Shown here piece by piece: positions 18,604 to 28,391 of a stretch of 64,000 nt of DNA (positions are counted from its first letter, which is position 1; every line of letters starts with the position of its first letter). Position numbers and translations under genes: made by a program. The notes beneath the pieces are model-generated. The model had not been told where the DNA came from. It did no database searches and saw nothing but the letters and a program-made list of their open reading frames with translations. The stretch spans positions 32,001-96,000 of the IMG/VR virus record IMGVR_UViG_3300020601_000007. One strand, given 5' to 3'. Source of the DNA: a virus.

Positions 18604-18840
18604 ATGCTGTTTTGGGATGAGTGGCTCGGCTTTGACTGGATGGCATTCCGCCAGTTCCTGTTCAGTGTTGGTTGCCTCAGCCTGATGATTTCCCTTATCG
18701 CTACAACCGAGGGACATGCGTGGTGGCAGCCATACGCTTCTGTCTGGGGCTTCTTTGCCTCAAACGCTACAATCTCCATCATCGGGGCCATGTTTGCCAT
18801 GACAGCGCTCTTTTGGTTTTGGAGGTTCAAGGTGGTTTGA
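18604..18840 (+). CDS. Small membrane protein
   Basis: Two hydrophobic helices. Confidence 0.6.
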   Translation: MLFWDEWLGFDWMAFRQFLFSVGCLSLMISLIATTEGHAWWQPYASVWGFFASNATISIIGAMFAMTALFWFWRFKVV

Positions 18841-19448
18841 TGAAAGCGATATATCTGCATAACACCAACAAGTCGACACCGATTGACTTCTTCCTACCTA
18901 TCGCACAGGAGTATGCGTTGAAACTTGGCTGGACGAAACCAGTGGTTTTTTCTGACGGATGGGACGAGCCAGAGGACTGGAACATGATGGTGGAATACGC
19001 CACGCACAAAACGAACCGCCTGACGGATGTCATTTTGATAAATTTGAGCCGCTGGCATGGGCGACTTGAGCAAGCAAAAGAGGAACTCACGCACTTGGAA
19101 AATCATGGAATTGTGGTGCACGTGGTTCAGACCAGTCACTTTTTGCCCAAAATACACGACAAACGGACGTTGGAGAGGGCTTTTGACATTATTTCGAGTT
19201 GGACCTATTTCACGGACGTTATGTCGCTCAAAACACGGGAGGGCATGAGGCACCGAAAAGGCGGTCGCCTCCCCTACGGGCTCACGCGAGAGAACGGAAG
19301 CGTGGTCCAACACCCAGAACACTATCCAATCGTCGAGCGAGTGATGGGCATGTATGAAAGAGAAGTCGCTGTCCCTGAGATAGCACGGGACATGAACATC
19401 TCACAGTCAAAGGTCCGCTCAATCATCCGGGCTTGGAAAGACCGTTAA
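18840..19448 (+). CDS. Degenerate serine recombinase lacking the catalytic R-x-S
   Basis: KAIYL.., VFSD, LINLSRW, KTREGMRHRKGGRLPYG, C-terminal HTH; collinear with resolvases but no YxRVS. Confidence 0.7.
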   Translation: MKAIYLHNTNKSTPIDFFLPIAQEYALKLGWTKPVVFSDGWDEPEDWNMMVEYATHKTNRLTDVILINLSRWHGRLEQAKEELTHLENHGIVVHVVQTSHFLPKIHDKRTLERAFDIISSWTYFTDVMSLKTREGMRHRKGGRLPYGLTRENGSVVQHPEHYPIVERVMGMYEREVAVPEIARDMNISQSKVRSIIRAWKDR

Positions 19449-20551
19449 GCGAAAATGTCCAGTGGATTATTGCCACGGCCACGACGGGTGCCACGCTGCT
19501 TTGTGAAATATCGCATGGCCAACAAATAGGCGACCACAGCAGCCGGGATGGCATAAGTCCCGGTCGTGCGCACGGCTGAACCGACGATGCTCCGTGGGGC
19601 TGGTTCAGACACGCCGAGTTCGCCCATCAATTTACTGCGCTGAGCATGAAGTGCGCTGATTCCTTTTCGGACGTTAATGGCCATGTTGCGAAGTCCCTGT
19701 GAATTGCTGTCACCATTGAGAAGAACAGATTTTTGGTTGTAATCAGTCTGCAACACAGTCACCAACAGAGAGAGGCCACCAATCGCACCGGGTTCCAGTG
19801 CCTCGGGCTTGGTTTTCTGCAAGTGTCGAGCGTAGTTGAGATTCTTCCTCGCAGCATCAAGTTCCTGCTTCTTTGCGATGAGTATTTCCTCCTGCTCCTT
19901 GATTTGCTCGTTGATGACTACCAAGGATTTGTCCAATTTCGTGATGCCGTCCTGAACTTCGGCTAATTGCTTGGTTTTGGTAAAGGTCTCCCTGTCTGCT
20001 TGGTCGAGGTTATCGGGGATGTGGGAAACCATCATTGTGGATTCCTCGAATGGACGTGCGCTCCTACCGTATCTCGTCTTGAACCTGCTTTTGTATTCTG
20101 CGTGGACCTTGGCCTTGGAAGCCTTGGGACCAAGGTCCTTTTCAACCTGCAAATACAGTTCCGTGCCTTTGATTTCCCCTGTGTTCGTAGGGGTGGCATC
20201 TGATTCCCAGTCCCTCACTGAAAGAGACCAATCGTCATCCAGACCGTCCCCACCCTTAACGATGGTCGGGTCATCAAACACGCTGGATGTTCGTGTCATG
20301 AACTGGTTGGAGATGTCCACATCATTTGCGATATTGCGCGCTGTTTCGTATTGCAGGCGTCGTGCCCTGTCGTTTCCAAAGTCGATTGCACCCATGGCGT
20401 TGAATCGGGCCTTCTTGATGCTCTCGTTTGCCATCTGGCGAACATAAGTGGGTGGCCCACTGATTGCTGAGATTTGGTTTCGGATGGCTCGCTGTCGGTT
20501 CCGAGCCTTGTGAACGTGAGCCAATTGTGCATTGAATTCTGCTCGCTTCAT
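19445..20551 (-). CDS. Coiled-coil protein with a C-terminal TM anchor
   Basis: Long heptad region; YAIPAAVVAYLLAM followed by a basic tail. Confidence 0.75.
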   Translation of the reverse strand: MKRAEFNAQLAHVHKARNRQRAIRNQISAISGPPTYVRQMANESIKKARFNAMGAIDFGNDRARRLQYETARNIANDVDISNQFMTRTSSVFDDPTIVKGGDGLDDDWSLSVRDWESDATPTNTGEIKGTELYLQVEKDLGPKASKAKVHAEYKSRFKTRYGRSARPFEESTMMVSHIPDNLDQADRETFTKTKQLAEVQDGITKLDKSLVVINEQIKEQEEILIAKKQELDAARKNLNYARHLQKTKPEALEPGAIGGLSLLVTVLQTDYNQKSVLLNGDSNSQGLRNMAINVRKGISALHAQRSKLMGELGVSEPAPRSIVGSAVRTTGTYAIPAAVVAYLLAMRYFTKQRGTRRGRGNNPLDIFA

Positions 20552-20868
20552 TCGTTCCACTTCCTTGTCAGGTATGAAAGCAACATCATGCCTCCAGCAG
20601 TGCCCAAATACGACATGCTGAACAGCGCTCTGAAACTGTTGTCTCCCAGTGCTTTTCCAACGGCGAAGCCTAAAACACCTGTTCCTACGCCGAATGAAGC
20701 GTAGTGCGTGACTTTTCCGACCTTTTTGAGTGCTGGGGACACGCCACTGAGAGCGTTAGCGAGTTGTGCTGCTTGGTGGACGTTTCCCATCATTCCTTCA
20801 CTCTCCGGCATTTTGTATGTTGATGATTTGACTGTGTGTGCTTTGACCTTTGACATGTCCCGGCTCAT
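20548..20868 (-). CDS. Small membrane protein
   Basis: Two Gly-rich TM segments; ATGA coupling. Confidence 0.7.
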   Translation of the reverse strand: MSRDMSKVKAHTVKSSTYKMPESEGMMGNVHQAAQLANALSGVSPALKKVGKVTHYASFGVGTGVLGFAVGKALGDNSFRALFSMSYLGTAGGMMLLSYLTRKWNE

Positions 20869-21152
20869 GCATTCAGCACCCCAAGCGTGATGATATACAA
20901 CCCGGCAACTGTTGTAGCACCCTTTGCTGTTGCGACTTTACGGAACTTGAGCGTCCTCTTGAGTTCCTTGACAACATTTTCTGCCCCGGGGAAACCAAGG
21001 CCAGCGTAGACCAAGGTTGCTCCAAGAAGTAATTTCTGTTGGCGGGGAGAACGGATGTTGATGATGGGGAGGTCAACGAATCCGAGACCGTTGTTTCCCA
21101 TCGAACCGAACGCTCGTGCCCGTTCAAATTGGACGTTGCGTGCGCTGCTCAT
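20865..21152 (-). CDS. Small membrane protein
   Basis: Hydrophobic segments; ATGA coupling. Confidence 0.65.
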   Translation of the reverse strand: MSSARNVQFERARAFGSMGNNGLGFVDLPIINIRSPRQQKLLLGATLVYAGLGFPGAENVVKELKRTLKFRKVATAKGATTVAGLYIITLGVLNA

Positions 21153-21171
21153 GGTCCTCGCATGCCATCCA

Positions 21172-21624
21172 TCAAATTAACCGTTTCGTTGACAAGTCGA
21201 ATACTGGCATGGGCATCTCGGTCAGTGCGTATTGAAATATTGCTTCACCTCTGCGGGTATTCAGATTCCAGCGAAGGTAAGAATATTCAGCAAAGAAGGC
21301 GCTGCCGTCCTCGTAATAGGTGCCGTATTTGTATGCCCTTGCCATGCGTTCGAGGGCTTGACGGTGTAATATTTTGTCCGCACCAGAAAAATATGGGAGT
21401 GCCATGGCGCGCTGAACGAACGTGTCGATGTCAGTCACGTCCGAATATTCGCTTGTGACGCCCTCGTCCCTCCACAATGTTGGTGGGTGCGGGACTTCAC
21501 TACGGCGCCCATAGCGACCCGTTTGGTATTGGATGGTCGGTATCGCCGCAGCGACATTCCGTGTCTGGGAAACGAACAGCAAAGCAACCGCAAGGATGAG
21601 CACCGTGCGCCTGCTTGACATCAA
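21172..21624 (-). CDS. Membrane-anchored/secreted protein
   Basis: N-terminal basic plus hydrophobic signal. Confidence 0.65.
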   Translation of the reverse strand: MMSSRRTVLILAVALLFVSQTRNVAAAIPTIQYQTGRYGRRSEVPHPPTLWRDEGVTSEYSDVTDIDTFVQRAMALPYFSGADKILHRQALERMARAYKYGTYYEDGSAFFAEYSYLRWNLNTRRGEAIFQYALTEMPMPVFDLSTKRLI

Positions 21625-21625
21625 A

Positions 21626-21988
21626 TCACGCCTTTGGGATTGGCCATGTCAAGTCGACTTTACGGTTGTAATACACTGCTTCGTTGATGGCATTCTCCAA
21701 AGCATCTCCGTTTGCGAACGTGTATCCGTATTGGTAATTCAACATCGCCCGGTCAACGTATTCACGGATGGAGGAAGAGGAAGCCGTGTATTGGGGCCAG
21801 CGCTGCGTGAGGTATCGGTAGGTCGAAAGGCTCATCTCGGTGCCATACCCGGGCCATATTTCAGTGGAAAAAGAAATACGGTCTCGCTCACCGTATTGCC
21901 CGGGAACGTATTTCGGTCCAAAAACGGTGTTTGCGACACCAATCAGTGCTGCTGCGATGACGATATTCCGAATGCTCAGGAGTTTCAT
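21626..21988 (-). CDS. Membrane-anchored/secreted protein, likely paralog of 21172..21624
   Basis: Same signal architecture; shared G.YG.R and Y.YG...G motifs. Confidence 0.65.
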   Translation of the reverse strand: MKLLSIRNIVIAAALIGVANTVFGPKYVPGQYGERDRISFSTEIWPGYGTEMSLSTYRYLTQRWPQYTASSSSIREYVDRAMLNYQYGYTFANGDALENAINEAVYYNRKVDLTWPIPKA

Positions 21989-22026
21989 GTCAGGCCGCCC
22001 TGACACCTTGGAGGTAGGCAGTCAAA

Positions 22027-22767
22027 TTAAGCGTTTTGTCCCATGTGCCCAAAGCGTCCGGCTTGAGGGTTCCCCGGTTGCTGTGGCATCATACCGGGCT
22101 GCATTTGGTTCTGCGCAGGGGGGAGGCCGAGGGTTCCACGGATGAGAGAAGAGCCGAAACCACCCAACGCTGCACCCATCCCCGCCCGTTGTGGCTGCAT
22201 CATCTGTTGCTGTTGCATCATCTGCTGTTGCATCATTTGTTGCTGCATCTGCTGCTGCATCATGTTCTGTTGGTGTCCACCCATCAACTGCATGGCTTGC
22301 ATGTCTGCCTGAGAGACAGCCATCTGCATTTCTTGGGTTGGGACGACCTTTGACACCTGCATGTCGATGTTCTCCTGCGTGATGGAGGAATATTCCGTTG
22401 CTGCTTCAGCGTTCACGGTGAGTGCCCCACCTCGCTCGCTTGATGAGACAATGGCTCCGCTCTTGAAGAGAGAATACATTTCCTTCCGCACAACAAGGGC
22501 GATGAGGTTAGCGAATTCCGTCATGAAATTGGGGTATGAGAGGAAGAAAAGGGCAACTTGATTCGGATGTGCTGCCATCAAGTGGTAAAACAGCGCCACT
22601 TGGTCCTCGTTGTTCATTCCGTTGGTCATGCTGTCGACCTGACTCATCGCAGCCTGTCCGGCCATAGCCGTCAAACCTGATTGATTGGCAGCAGCCGCAA
22701 CTTGTCCGAGGCCATTCGGCATCAGAGATTGTGAGTTATTCGAGTTTCCAAAGAGTCCCATTTTCAT
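22027..22767 (-). CDS. Q/M-rich low-complexity protein
   Basis: QQNMMQQQMQQQMMQQQMMQQQQMMQ tract; GGAG RBS. Confidence 0.8.
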   Translation of the reverse strand: MKMGLFGNSNNSQSLMPNGLGQVAAAANQSGLTAMAGQAAMSQVDSMTNGMNNEDQVALFYHLMAAHPNQVALFFLSYPNFMTEFANLIALVVRKEMYSLFKSGAIVSSSERGGALTVNAEAATEYSSITQENIDMQVSKVVPTQEMQMAVSQADMQAMQLMGGHQQNMMQQQMQQQMMQQQMMQQQQMMQPQRAGMGAALGGFGSSLIRGTLGLPPAQNQMQPGMMPQQPGNPQAGRFGHMGQNA

Positions 22768-22810
22768 TCGCTCCTACCTAACGCACGTATGTCATGGACT
22801 TGAACATTCC

Positions 22811-23587
22811 TCATTGATATGCCTCCCTCATCGCTGTGTCAAAGGCAGCGTCAAACATCTGCTCTTGGCTTTGTTCTTGCTCCATGTATTCATTGATGGT
22901 TTCCGCATGGCCGTAGGGACGTCCGTCTGTCCCGACGCCATTGATGTAGTCGTAATCGAAAATCAACATCGAAATGCGGTTTCGCCCGACCGAGTCTGGG
23001 ACACGCACGATGGGAATCCCATCCTTCTCGGCTTCAATGAAGGCTTCTCCCCACTTGGAGGCAAGGGGTGTTTGCGGCTTTTCTGCGGGTTTCTTGATGG
23101 GGATGAACGAAACCCCCTTCTTCCTCATCTGACGGAAAAAGCCGCGCTCGTTTTCCCTTTCTTCTTGCTCCATCCACTCACTGAGCAATTTGAACAACTG
23201 AAGTGCTTGTGGGCAATACGTTCCCGACATTGGTCGTCCACGCCCCGGGATGACACCGGTCCATGGTGTGAACTGGATTGTTCGGCCACGGTCGTCGAGA
23301 AGGTATTCTCGCTTAAGGTCCCCGTAGTCTTGATTGCGACAATCCACCCCAGTGACGACGCACTGGTATGGTTTGTTGTGCTTGTAGCCGAAGAACCCAA
23401 TGGTTCGCTTCACTGGCTTCAGCGTCTTGACAGCGCGCTTGATGTTTTTCTTTCGCGCACGCACGGGGTCGGCGTGTCGGCTAAACTCAAAGTCGATGAC
23501 AGGCGTCACCGCATCCCAGTCCATGTTTCGGTTCTGTGGCAAGGTGCCAAACAGTTCTTTCATTCGTTCCTCTTGGTAGTTGTTCAT
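22811..23587 (-). CDS. Hypothetical protein coupled to the GTPase
   Basis: ATGA overlap with the GTPase stop; scattered Cys residues. Confidence 0.75.
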   Translation of the reverse strand: MNNYQEERMKELFGTLPQNRNMDWDAVTPVIDFEFSRHADPVRARKKNIKRAVKTLKPVKRTIGFFGYKHNKPYQCVVTGVDCRNQDYGDLKREYLLDDRGRTIQFTPWTGVIPGRGRPMSGTYCPQALQLFKLLSEWMEQEERENERGFFRQMRKKGVSFIPIKKPAEKPQTPLASKWGEAFIEAEKDGIPIVRVPDSVGRNRISMLIFDYDYINGVGTDGRPYGHAETINEYMEQEQSQEQMFDAAFDTAMREAYQ

Positions 23588-24318
23588 AGGTCACTCATCC
23601 CTTTCATTATCGCGTCTTCCACGTTCCAGCCAACCATGGCCGATACAGCGTCCACCCTTGCCGGGATGCGCATTTCTTGGAGTTGGTAAAGGTGTTCCTT
23701 GAAAGGAGCGAAAATCGGGTGTTCTGAAATCAAACCCCGCTCCCATTGAGAATAACCCTGTTCATCCATCCATTCGTCAGCCTTGTTTGCGAGAATAATG
23801 ATGCGTGAAGGACGCCACTTTCGCGCCTTGAAGCGCCGAATGAGACCGATTCCCCGTGGTTTCTTTCCTGTCATGAGGGACTCCACGATGTATCCGAGAG
23901 CCAATTGATTCGATGTGTCGTCTGGATTGAGGAGATGACGGTGGTCAATCATGATGATGAGCGTTTTGATTCGACGCTGATACATGTCTCGCAACCACAT
24001 GGGGAAATATTCCTTGTGCCCACCAATGTCCCTTGAAACGACCGTTTTGTGGAGGCCATCTGAACGGACCCTGTGGATTTGCTTTGTCGGCATTTTGTGG
24101 TTTCTGGTCAGCCAAGAGCGCCGGTGATGCGTCCTCTCATTTTCCCCCAACGGGCGAACCTTTCCTTCTGTCATCAATTGGCGGTCGAGGGTTGACTTCC
24201 CCGTCTCGCTGAAACCATACACACCAATGTTGTGCGTGACGTATGTCCCTGCCTTGTCAAAAAACCGCCAGAAACCGTGAGCAACAACAATTGCGCTGGT
24301 TGAGATGGGGTCGACCAA
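23584..24318 (-). CDS. Ras/Arf-like small GTPase
   Basis: G1 GFSETGKST, G3 DIGG, G4 NKAD, G5 VSA. Confidence 0.88.
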   Translation of the reverse strand: MVDPISTSAIVVAHGFWRFFDKAGTYVTHNIGVYGFSETGKSTLDRQLMTEGKVRPLGENERTHHRRSWLTRNHKMPTKQIHRVRSDGLHKTVVSRDIGGHKEYFPMWLRDMYQRRIKTLIIMIDHRHLLNPDDTSNQLALGYIVESLMTGKKPRGIGLIRRFKARKWRPSRIIILANKADEWMDEQGYSQWERGLISEHPIFAPFKEHLYQLQEMRIPARVDAVSAMVGWNVEDAIMKGMSDL

Positions 24319-24322
24319 TCAA

Positions 24323-24541
24323 TCACCCCAGAATCCATCCGATGATACCAGCGTGACCCGATGCCTTGTAGATGGCGTAGTCGGTGACCGCTGTCACGAC
24401 CACGCCAGTGCCTGTGAGAATCAGGGACCAGAAGGCGTATTTGATGCGCAGGTATCGCATCGCCCATGTTGTCCCCAAGTGCGTGTTTTTCATCAGGGAT
24501 TCCACTTGAGCGTCCTGACTGTCGTTGAAAATGATGCCCAT
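24323..24541 (-). CDS. Small membrane protein
   Basis: FWSLILTGTGVVVTAV TM segment. Confidence 0.65.
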   Translation of the reverse strand: MGIIFNDSQDAQVESLMKNTHLGTTWAMRYLRIKYAFWSLILTGTGVVVTAVTDYAIYKASGHAGIIGWILG

Positions 24542-24650
24542 TTCACTCTCCCCTGCTGTTCATTCCACAATCATCGGTGTTGATAACACCGTTGGTCTCC
24601 ACGGACCATGCGCTTGCATGTGCCCCCAGAGGCCGTTGGTGCACCGCATC

Positions 24651-25382
24651 TCACTCCGCTGCTTCGGTCATCGGCTCGGTCCCGCTTGGTGTCAAGTCGA
24701 GCGAACTCGTCGCGGATGATGGAGCGGAGGGTTGCGTAGTCGGGATAGGGGAGTTCAGCGTCAGTTTCGGGCCTATCGGGATTCCCATGATTCGGTGCCG
24801 GTCGATTCCGAACTGCTCCGGGGTCAGGGGTGCTTGCGGTGCTGATTGGCTTTGTAATGCCTGAATCTGCGCCATCACCTGCTGAATCCCTTCCAAGTTT
24901 CCCATCAGTTGCTGAGATTCTGTTGGGGTGATGACATTGTCTGCCATCGCTGCTGAGAGGTTTCCCTGATACATGGCCATCTGTTGTCCAAGAACCACCT
25001 CAAGTTGTGCCTTTTCCTGCTCGAACTTCAATTGTGCCATGCGGCGTCGGTTGGAGTTCCGCATTCGCTTGAGTTGTCGGCGGTGCTGGGAGGAATCCTC
25101 AAACATCGCTCGGTAGATGAAATAGAACGCTGCTTGGACTGAAAACCCAGCGAACCCGTAGAAAATAGCGCTCTCGTATGCAGTGTTGAAGTGGCTCCAT
25201 GTCCAGTTCACATACAGCAGAATACAAAACGCAAGCAAAATTGATTGGAACAACATGGTTCCAAGCAATCGCAACTCGCTCTCTCGCAACTGGTCCCGGT
25301 AGTCCTGCTCTTCGTCACTGACTTCACCCAAAAGGGTGTTCAGGAGCGGGTTGTTCCCAATGATGTCAGGACTGACAACCAA
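24651..25382 (-). CDS. Two-TM membrane protein with a cytoplasmic coiled coil
   Basis: Two TM helices followed by an R/Q-rich helix; TTG start after GGAGGTGG. Confidence 0.75.
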   Translation of the reverse strand: MVVSPDIIGNNPLLNTLLGEVSDEEQDYRDQLRESELRLLGTMLFQSILLAFCILLYVNWTWSHFNTAYESAIFYGFAGFSVQAAFYFIYRAMFEDSSQHRRQLKRMRNSNRRRMAQLKFEQEKAQLEVVLGQQMAMYQGNLSAAMADNVITPTESQQLMGNLEGIQQVMAQIQALQSQSAPQAPLTPEQFGIDRHRIMGIPIGPKLTLNSPIPTTQPSAPSSATSSLDLTPSGTEPMTEAAE

Positions 25383-25536
25383 TTCGTGCCACCTCCAAAA
25401 GTCCAAGCATTTCAATCCGGTCTGCTGGTTCATGCGTGAAGAGTTCAACCCCTTCGGGGCCCTCCACAATCACCAGAAACCTTGCCTCGGAACCTCGCAG
25501 GGCCCGGATACCTTCCTGTATTTGTTTCACATTCAT

Positions 25537-25815
25537 TCAATTCACCTTGTAGGTTTTGAGGATAACCTGAACATCCTTCATTGAGTCAGAACTGAGATTC
25601 CCCTCCATCACTTCAAACAACTTCATGGCAGTTTTGAGGGATTTGGGAAACCAAAAGAGGTCGTATTTCGGACTTTTCTCGATGGTAATGCCGTTCCCAT
25701 CGAAATTGTATTCCTTCGTGCTGAACCACTCATCGGGGAGTGTCATTTCCCAGTCTCGCGCCTCTTGAAGACCACGGACAGACTTCACCAACTTGACACA
25801 GACTTGATTCGTCAT
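25537..25815 (-). CDS. Hypothetical protein
   Basis: Directly downstream of the thermosome, with RBS. Confidence 0.6.
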   Translation of the reverse strand: MTNQVCVKLVKSVRGLQEARDWEMTLPDEWFSTKEYNFDGNGITIEKSPKYDLFWFPKSLKTAMKLFEVMEGNLSSDSMKDVQVILKTYKVN

Positions 25816-25819
25816 TTGC

Positions 25820-27358
25820 TCACTCTCCGAATTCGTCCGGTTCACGGGCGATGATGATGTTGTCAATACGCAAGAGCATGGACGCCGTGGACGTAGCAGA
25901 CTCAAGAGCGCGTAGAACGACCTTCATCGGCTCCACGACCTTTTCTGCTGCCATGTCGACGACCTCCCCAGTGTAGACGTTGAGGCCTGCGGTCTTGTTG
26001 CCCTCTGCGTGTGCCTTGCGAAGTTCTCGAAGGGTGGCGATAGGCTGCATCTGCCCGCTGTTCTCGGCAAGGGTCAGGGGGATGATTTCCAGTGCATCTG
26101 CGAATGCTTCGACTGCGAGGGACTCAAGTCCACCGACGCTCGTAGCGAATTCACGCAGGCGAATAGCCAACTCAACTTGAGATGCTCCTCCGCCCGCCAG
26201 AACCTTGCCCTCTTTGCGAGCAACGTGAACGACACCGATTGCATCATCCATGGCACGAGCGATTTCTTGGGATGCCTGCTGGGTAGGGGCTTGGACCACG
26301 ATGGAAACAGCGTTCTTGTTTGGTGTTCCTCGTAGCAAAAAGAAACCGCGCTGTCCGTTGGTGGACTCGACCTCTTCAATGGCCTCGCATGTTCCGAGGT
26401 CGTCAGACTCAAGGTCTTCGAGTTCTGCCACGATGAGAGCGTTGGTCGCATCAGAGATGGCCTCAAGGTTGGAGGCGGAACAGCGGCGACAGGCGATGAT
26501 GCCGTTGCGAGCGAAAATTTCAGCAAGGGTCGGGTGAATGTCCTTCATTGTCAGAATAACGTTCGTTCCAAGGTTGGCGATGTGTTCAGCCATGTTGGCG
26601 ATGAGAGTGCGCTGGCGCTGACGGAAGGCTTCGGCTTCTTCTGCACTGTTGAATTGGAGGTTGGTCCCCTTCGCCATGGCAGGTAGGTCAAGAGCACCTT
26701 CAATGAGAGCGATGCGCGCATTGTCAAGGCTGGAAGGCATGGCGCTGTGCATTTTCATTTGACCGACGAGAATGCCGTCAGGAGCATAGGACTCCGAAAC
26801 GGGAGAACCGTAGCGAGAAAGGACATTGATGGAACCCGGTGCAGCCTGCTCGGTTGCCTTCACGCACAGTTCAGCCAGATGTTCTCGTTCCACTTCTGCG
26901 GTTTTCCCTGTCATGGCGGTCATAGCGATGTCCAAGAAATATTCGTCAGCAGGGATGGTCAGGTCCTCGATGATTTCTTGGCACTTAGCAAGGGCGATTT
27001 GGTATCCATTGACGATGGTTGTTGGGTGGACTCGCTTTGCGAGAAGGTCTTCCGCTTGCTTCAGCAGTTCTCCGGTCTTGACAATGGCTGATGTGGTTCC
27101 GTCGTAGCACTCTTCTTCCTGCGTGCGTGCGACTTCCACCATCATTTTTGCAGTGGCGTGCGTGAAGTTCGTTTCTTTCAGGATGGTTGCACCATCATTG
27201 GTGATGACGGTTCGGCCAGTGGCATCGACCAACTGCTTGTCCATCCCCTTTGGTCCAAGTGTTGAGCGAACGAGTTCAGCGACAAATTTGCCGATGCTGA
27301 TGTTCACTTCTTGGGCGGTTTGCTGCTTTTGCTGCTTCGCGTCGGTGGGTTGACTCAT
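25820..27358 (-). CDS. ths: Group II chaperonin (thermosome subunit)
   Basis: STLGPKGMDKQLVD, ITNDGATIL, YDGTTSA, LAGGGA, AFADALEIIP.TLAENSG, VVEP..V, LLRID. Confidence 0.96.
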   Translation of the reverse strand: MSQPTDAKQQKQQTAQEVNISIGKFVAELVRSTLGPKGMDKQLVDATGRTVITNDGATILKETNFTHATAKMMVEVARTQEEECYDGTTSAIVKTGELLKQAEDLLAKRVHPTTIVNGYQIALAKCQEIIEDLTIPADEYFLDIAMTAMTGKTAEVEREHLAELCVKATEQAAPGSINVLSRYGSPVSESYAPDGILVGQMKMHSAMPSSLDNARIALIEGALDLPAMAKGTNLQFNSAEEAEAFRQRQRTLIANMAEHIANLGTNVILTMKDIHPTLAEIFARNGIIACRRCSASNLEAISDATNALIVAELEDLESDDLGTCEAIEEVESTNGQRGFFLLRGTPNKNAVSIVVQAPTQQASQEIARAMDDAIGVVHVARKEGKVLAGGGASQVELAIRLREFATSVGGLESLAVEAFADALEIIPLTLAENSGQMQPIATLRELRKAHAEGNKTAGLNVYTGEVVDMAAEKVVEPMKVVLRALESATSTASMLLRIDNIIIAREPDEFGE

Positions 27359-27404
27359 GTTTCTCAGAAGGGCCCGTTTGACAAGTGGGCTTAAAGGAAG
27401 CGGC

Positions 27405-27872
27405 TCAAACCGCAATCCAATGAAGGGTCTGACTGCCACTGGCTGCACACAAGAAAATGGATGAACCACGTGTGATTTCAAGGGTCAGCGAACCACCTGC
27501 CGCAATTGGGAAGCCGACGGTTGCTGAAGTCGCTGAATTTCCTACCCGAATGACTTGCCCGTTTCCAGAATCTGCGCTGAGCGTGATGCTACGTTGCGCG
27601 ACAATCGGGATGATTTGATTGTTGGTCCCGCTTGCATAGGCGTCGGAATAATAGTCGTCAAGAGAACGTGCGGTGTTCGTGATGGTCATCGACACGAAGC
27701 CGTATTCAGTCCCTCCTGCACTGCGCAGTGATGGGAACTTCTCAACGCCACTATCTACGGTCTTCAATTTGGCGTAAGCGGAATCAGAATCAACCACGCC
27801 TTCGAGGGGGTAATTGTCAGCCCCACCCGAACTGGGTCCTTTGCGCTTGACGCTTATGGGTTCTCCTGCCAT
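27405..27872 (-). CDS. Small beta-rich virion protein (single jelly-roll/penton-like, tentative)
   Basis: ITLSADSGN..VIRVG.....GFPIAAGGSLTLEI...IFL......LHWIAV all-beta pattern. Confidence 0.55.
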   Translation of the reverse strand: MAGEPISVKRKGPSSGGADNYPLEGVVDSDSAYAKLKTVDSGVEKFPSLRSAGGTEYGFVSMTITNTARSLDDYYSDAYASGTNNQIIPIVAQRSITLSADSGNGQVIRVGNSATSATVGFPIAAGGSLTLEITRGSSIFLCAASGSQTLHWIAV

Positions 27873-27953
27873 GATGACAATGCAGGGTGCTCTTGCTCTT
27901 GAGTGTTTCTGAACATGGGATGCTTTATGACCACAACGTCAAGAGCGTGCAGC

Positions 27954-28391
27954 ATGAAGGTCGTAAGCCGCCCGGAAGTCAAAGGTCCAACAGGGAACTG
28001 CAAAGCATGTGGGTCAGTGACTCGCTCACACATCCTCGAGAAAGCCACTTATGAGGAATACGAAATCGTCACATCGGAAGAATACGAAGAATACGTTGAC
28101 GACTTTGAAGAGGAAACCGGAGAGGAGGAAATTGAACTCCGATACCGTTTGCTTGACCGTCCGACTGTCATGTGTCATCGTTGCTGGGTTCCCTTCCGAG
28201 AGGCTCAGTGCACTCACCTTGAAGAGCACCTCGAAGAATGGCTGGAGGCCCCGCTGGAACACACTCCAAAAATCAAAGTGTTCCTTGCCCGATGGAAATA
28301 CCACTGCTTTGACGAAATTGCAGACAAAGGCAAAGACAACGTCCGTTCTCTTCGCACTGCCATCAAGGAGGCGATGTTGAATGTCGAATGA
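27954..28391 (+). CDS. Zn-finger protein with an acidic insert
   Basis: CKAC...CHRC. Confidence 0.65.
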   Translation: MKVVSRPEVKGPTGNCKACGSVTRSHILEKATYEEYEIVTSEEYEEYVDDFEEETGEEEIELRYRLLDRPTVMCHRCWVPFREAQCTHLEEHLEEWLEAPLEHTPKIKVFLARWKYHCFDEIADKGKDNVRSLRTAIKEAMLNVE

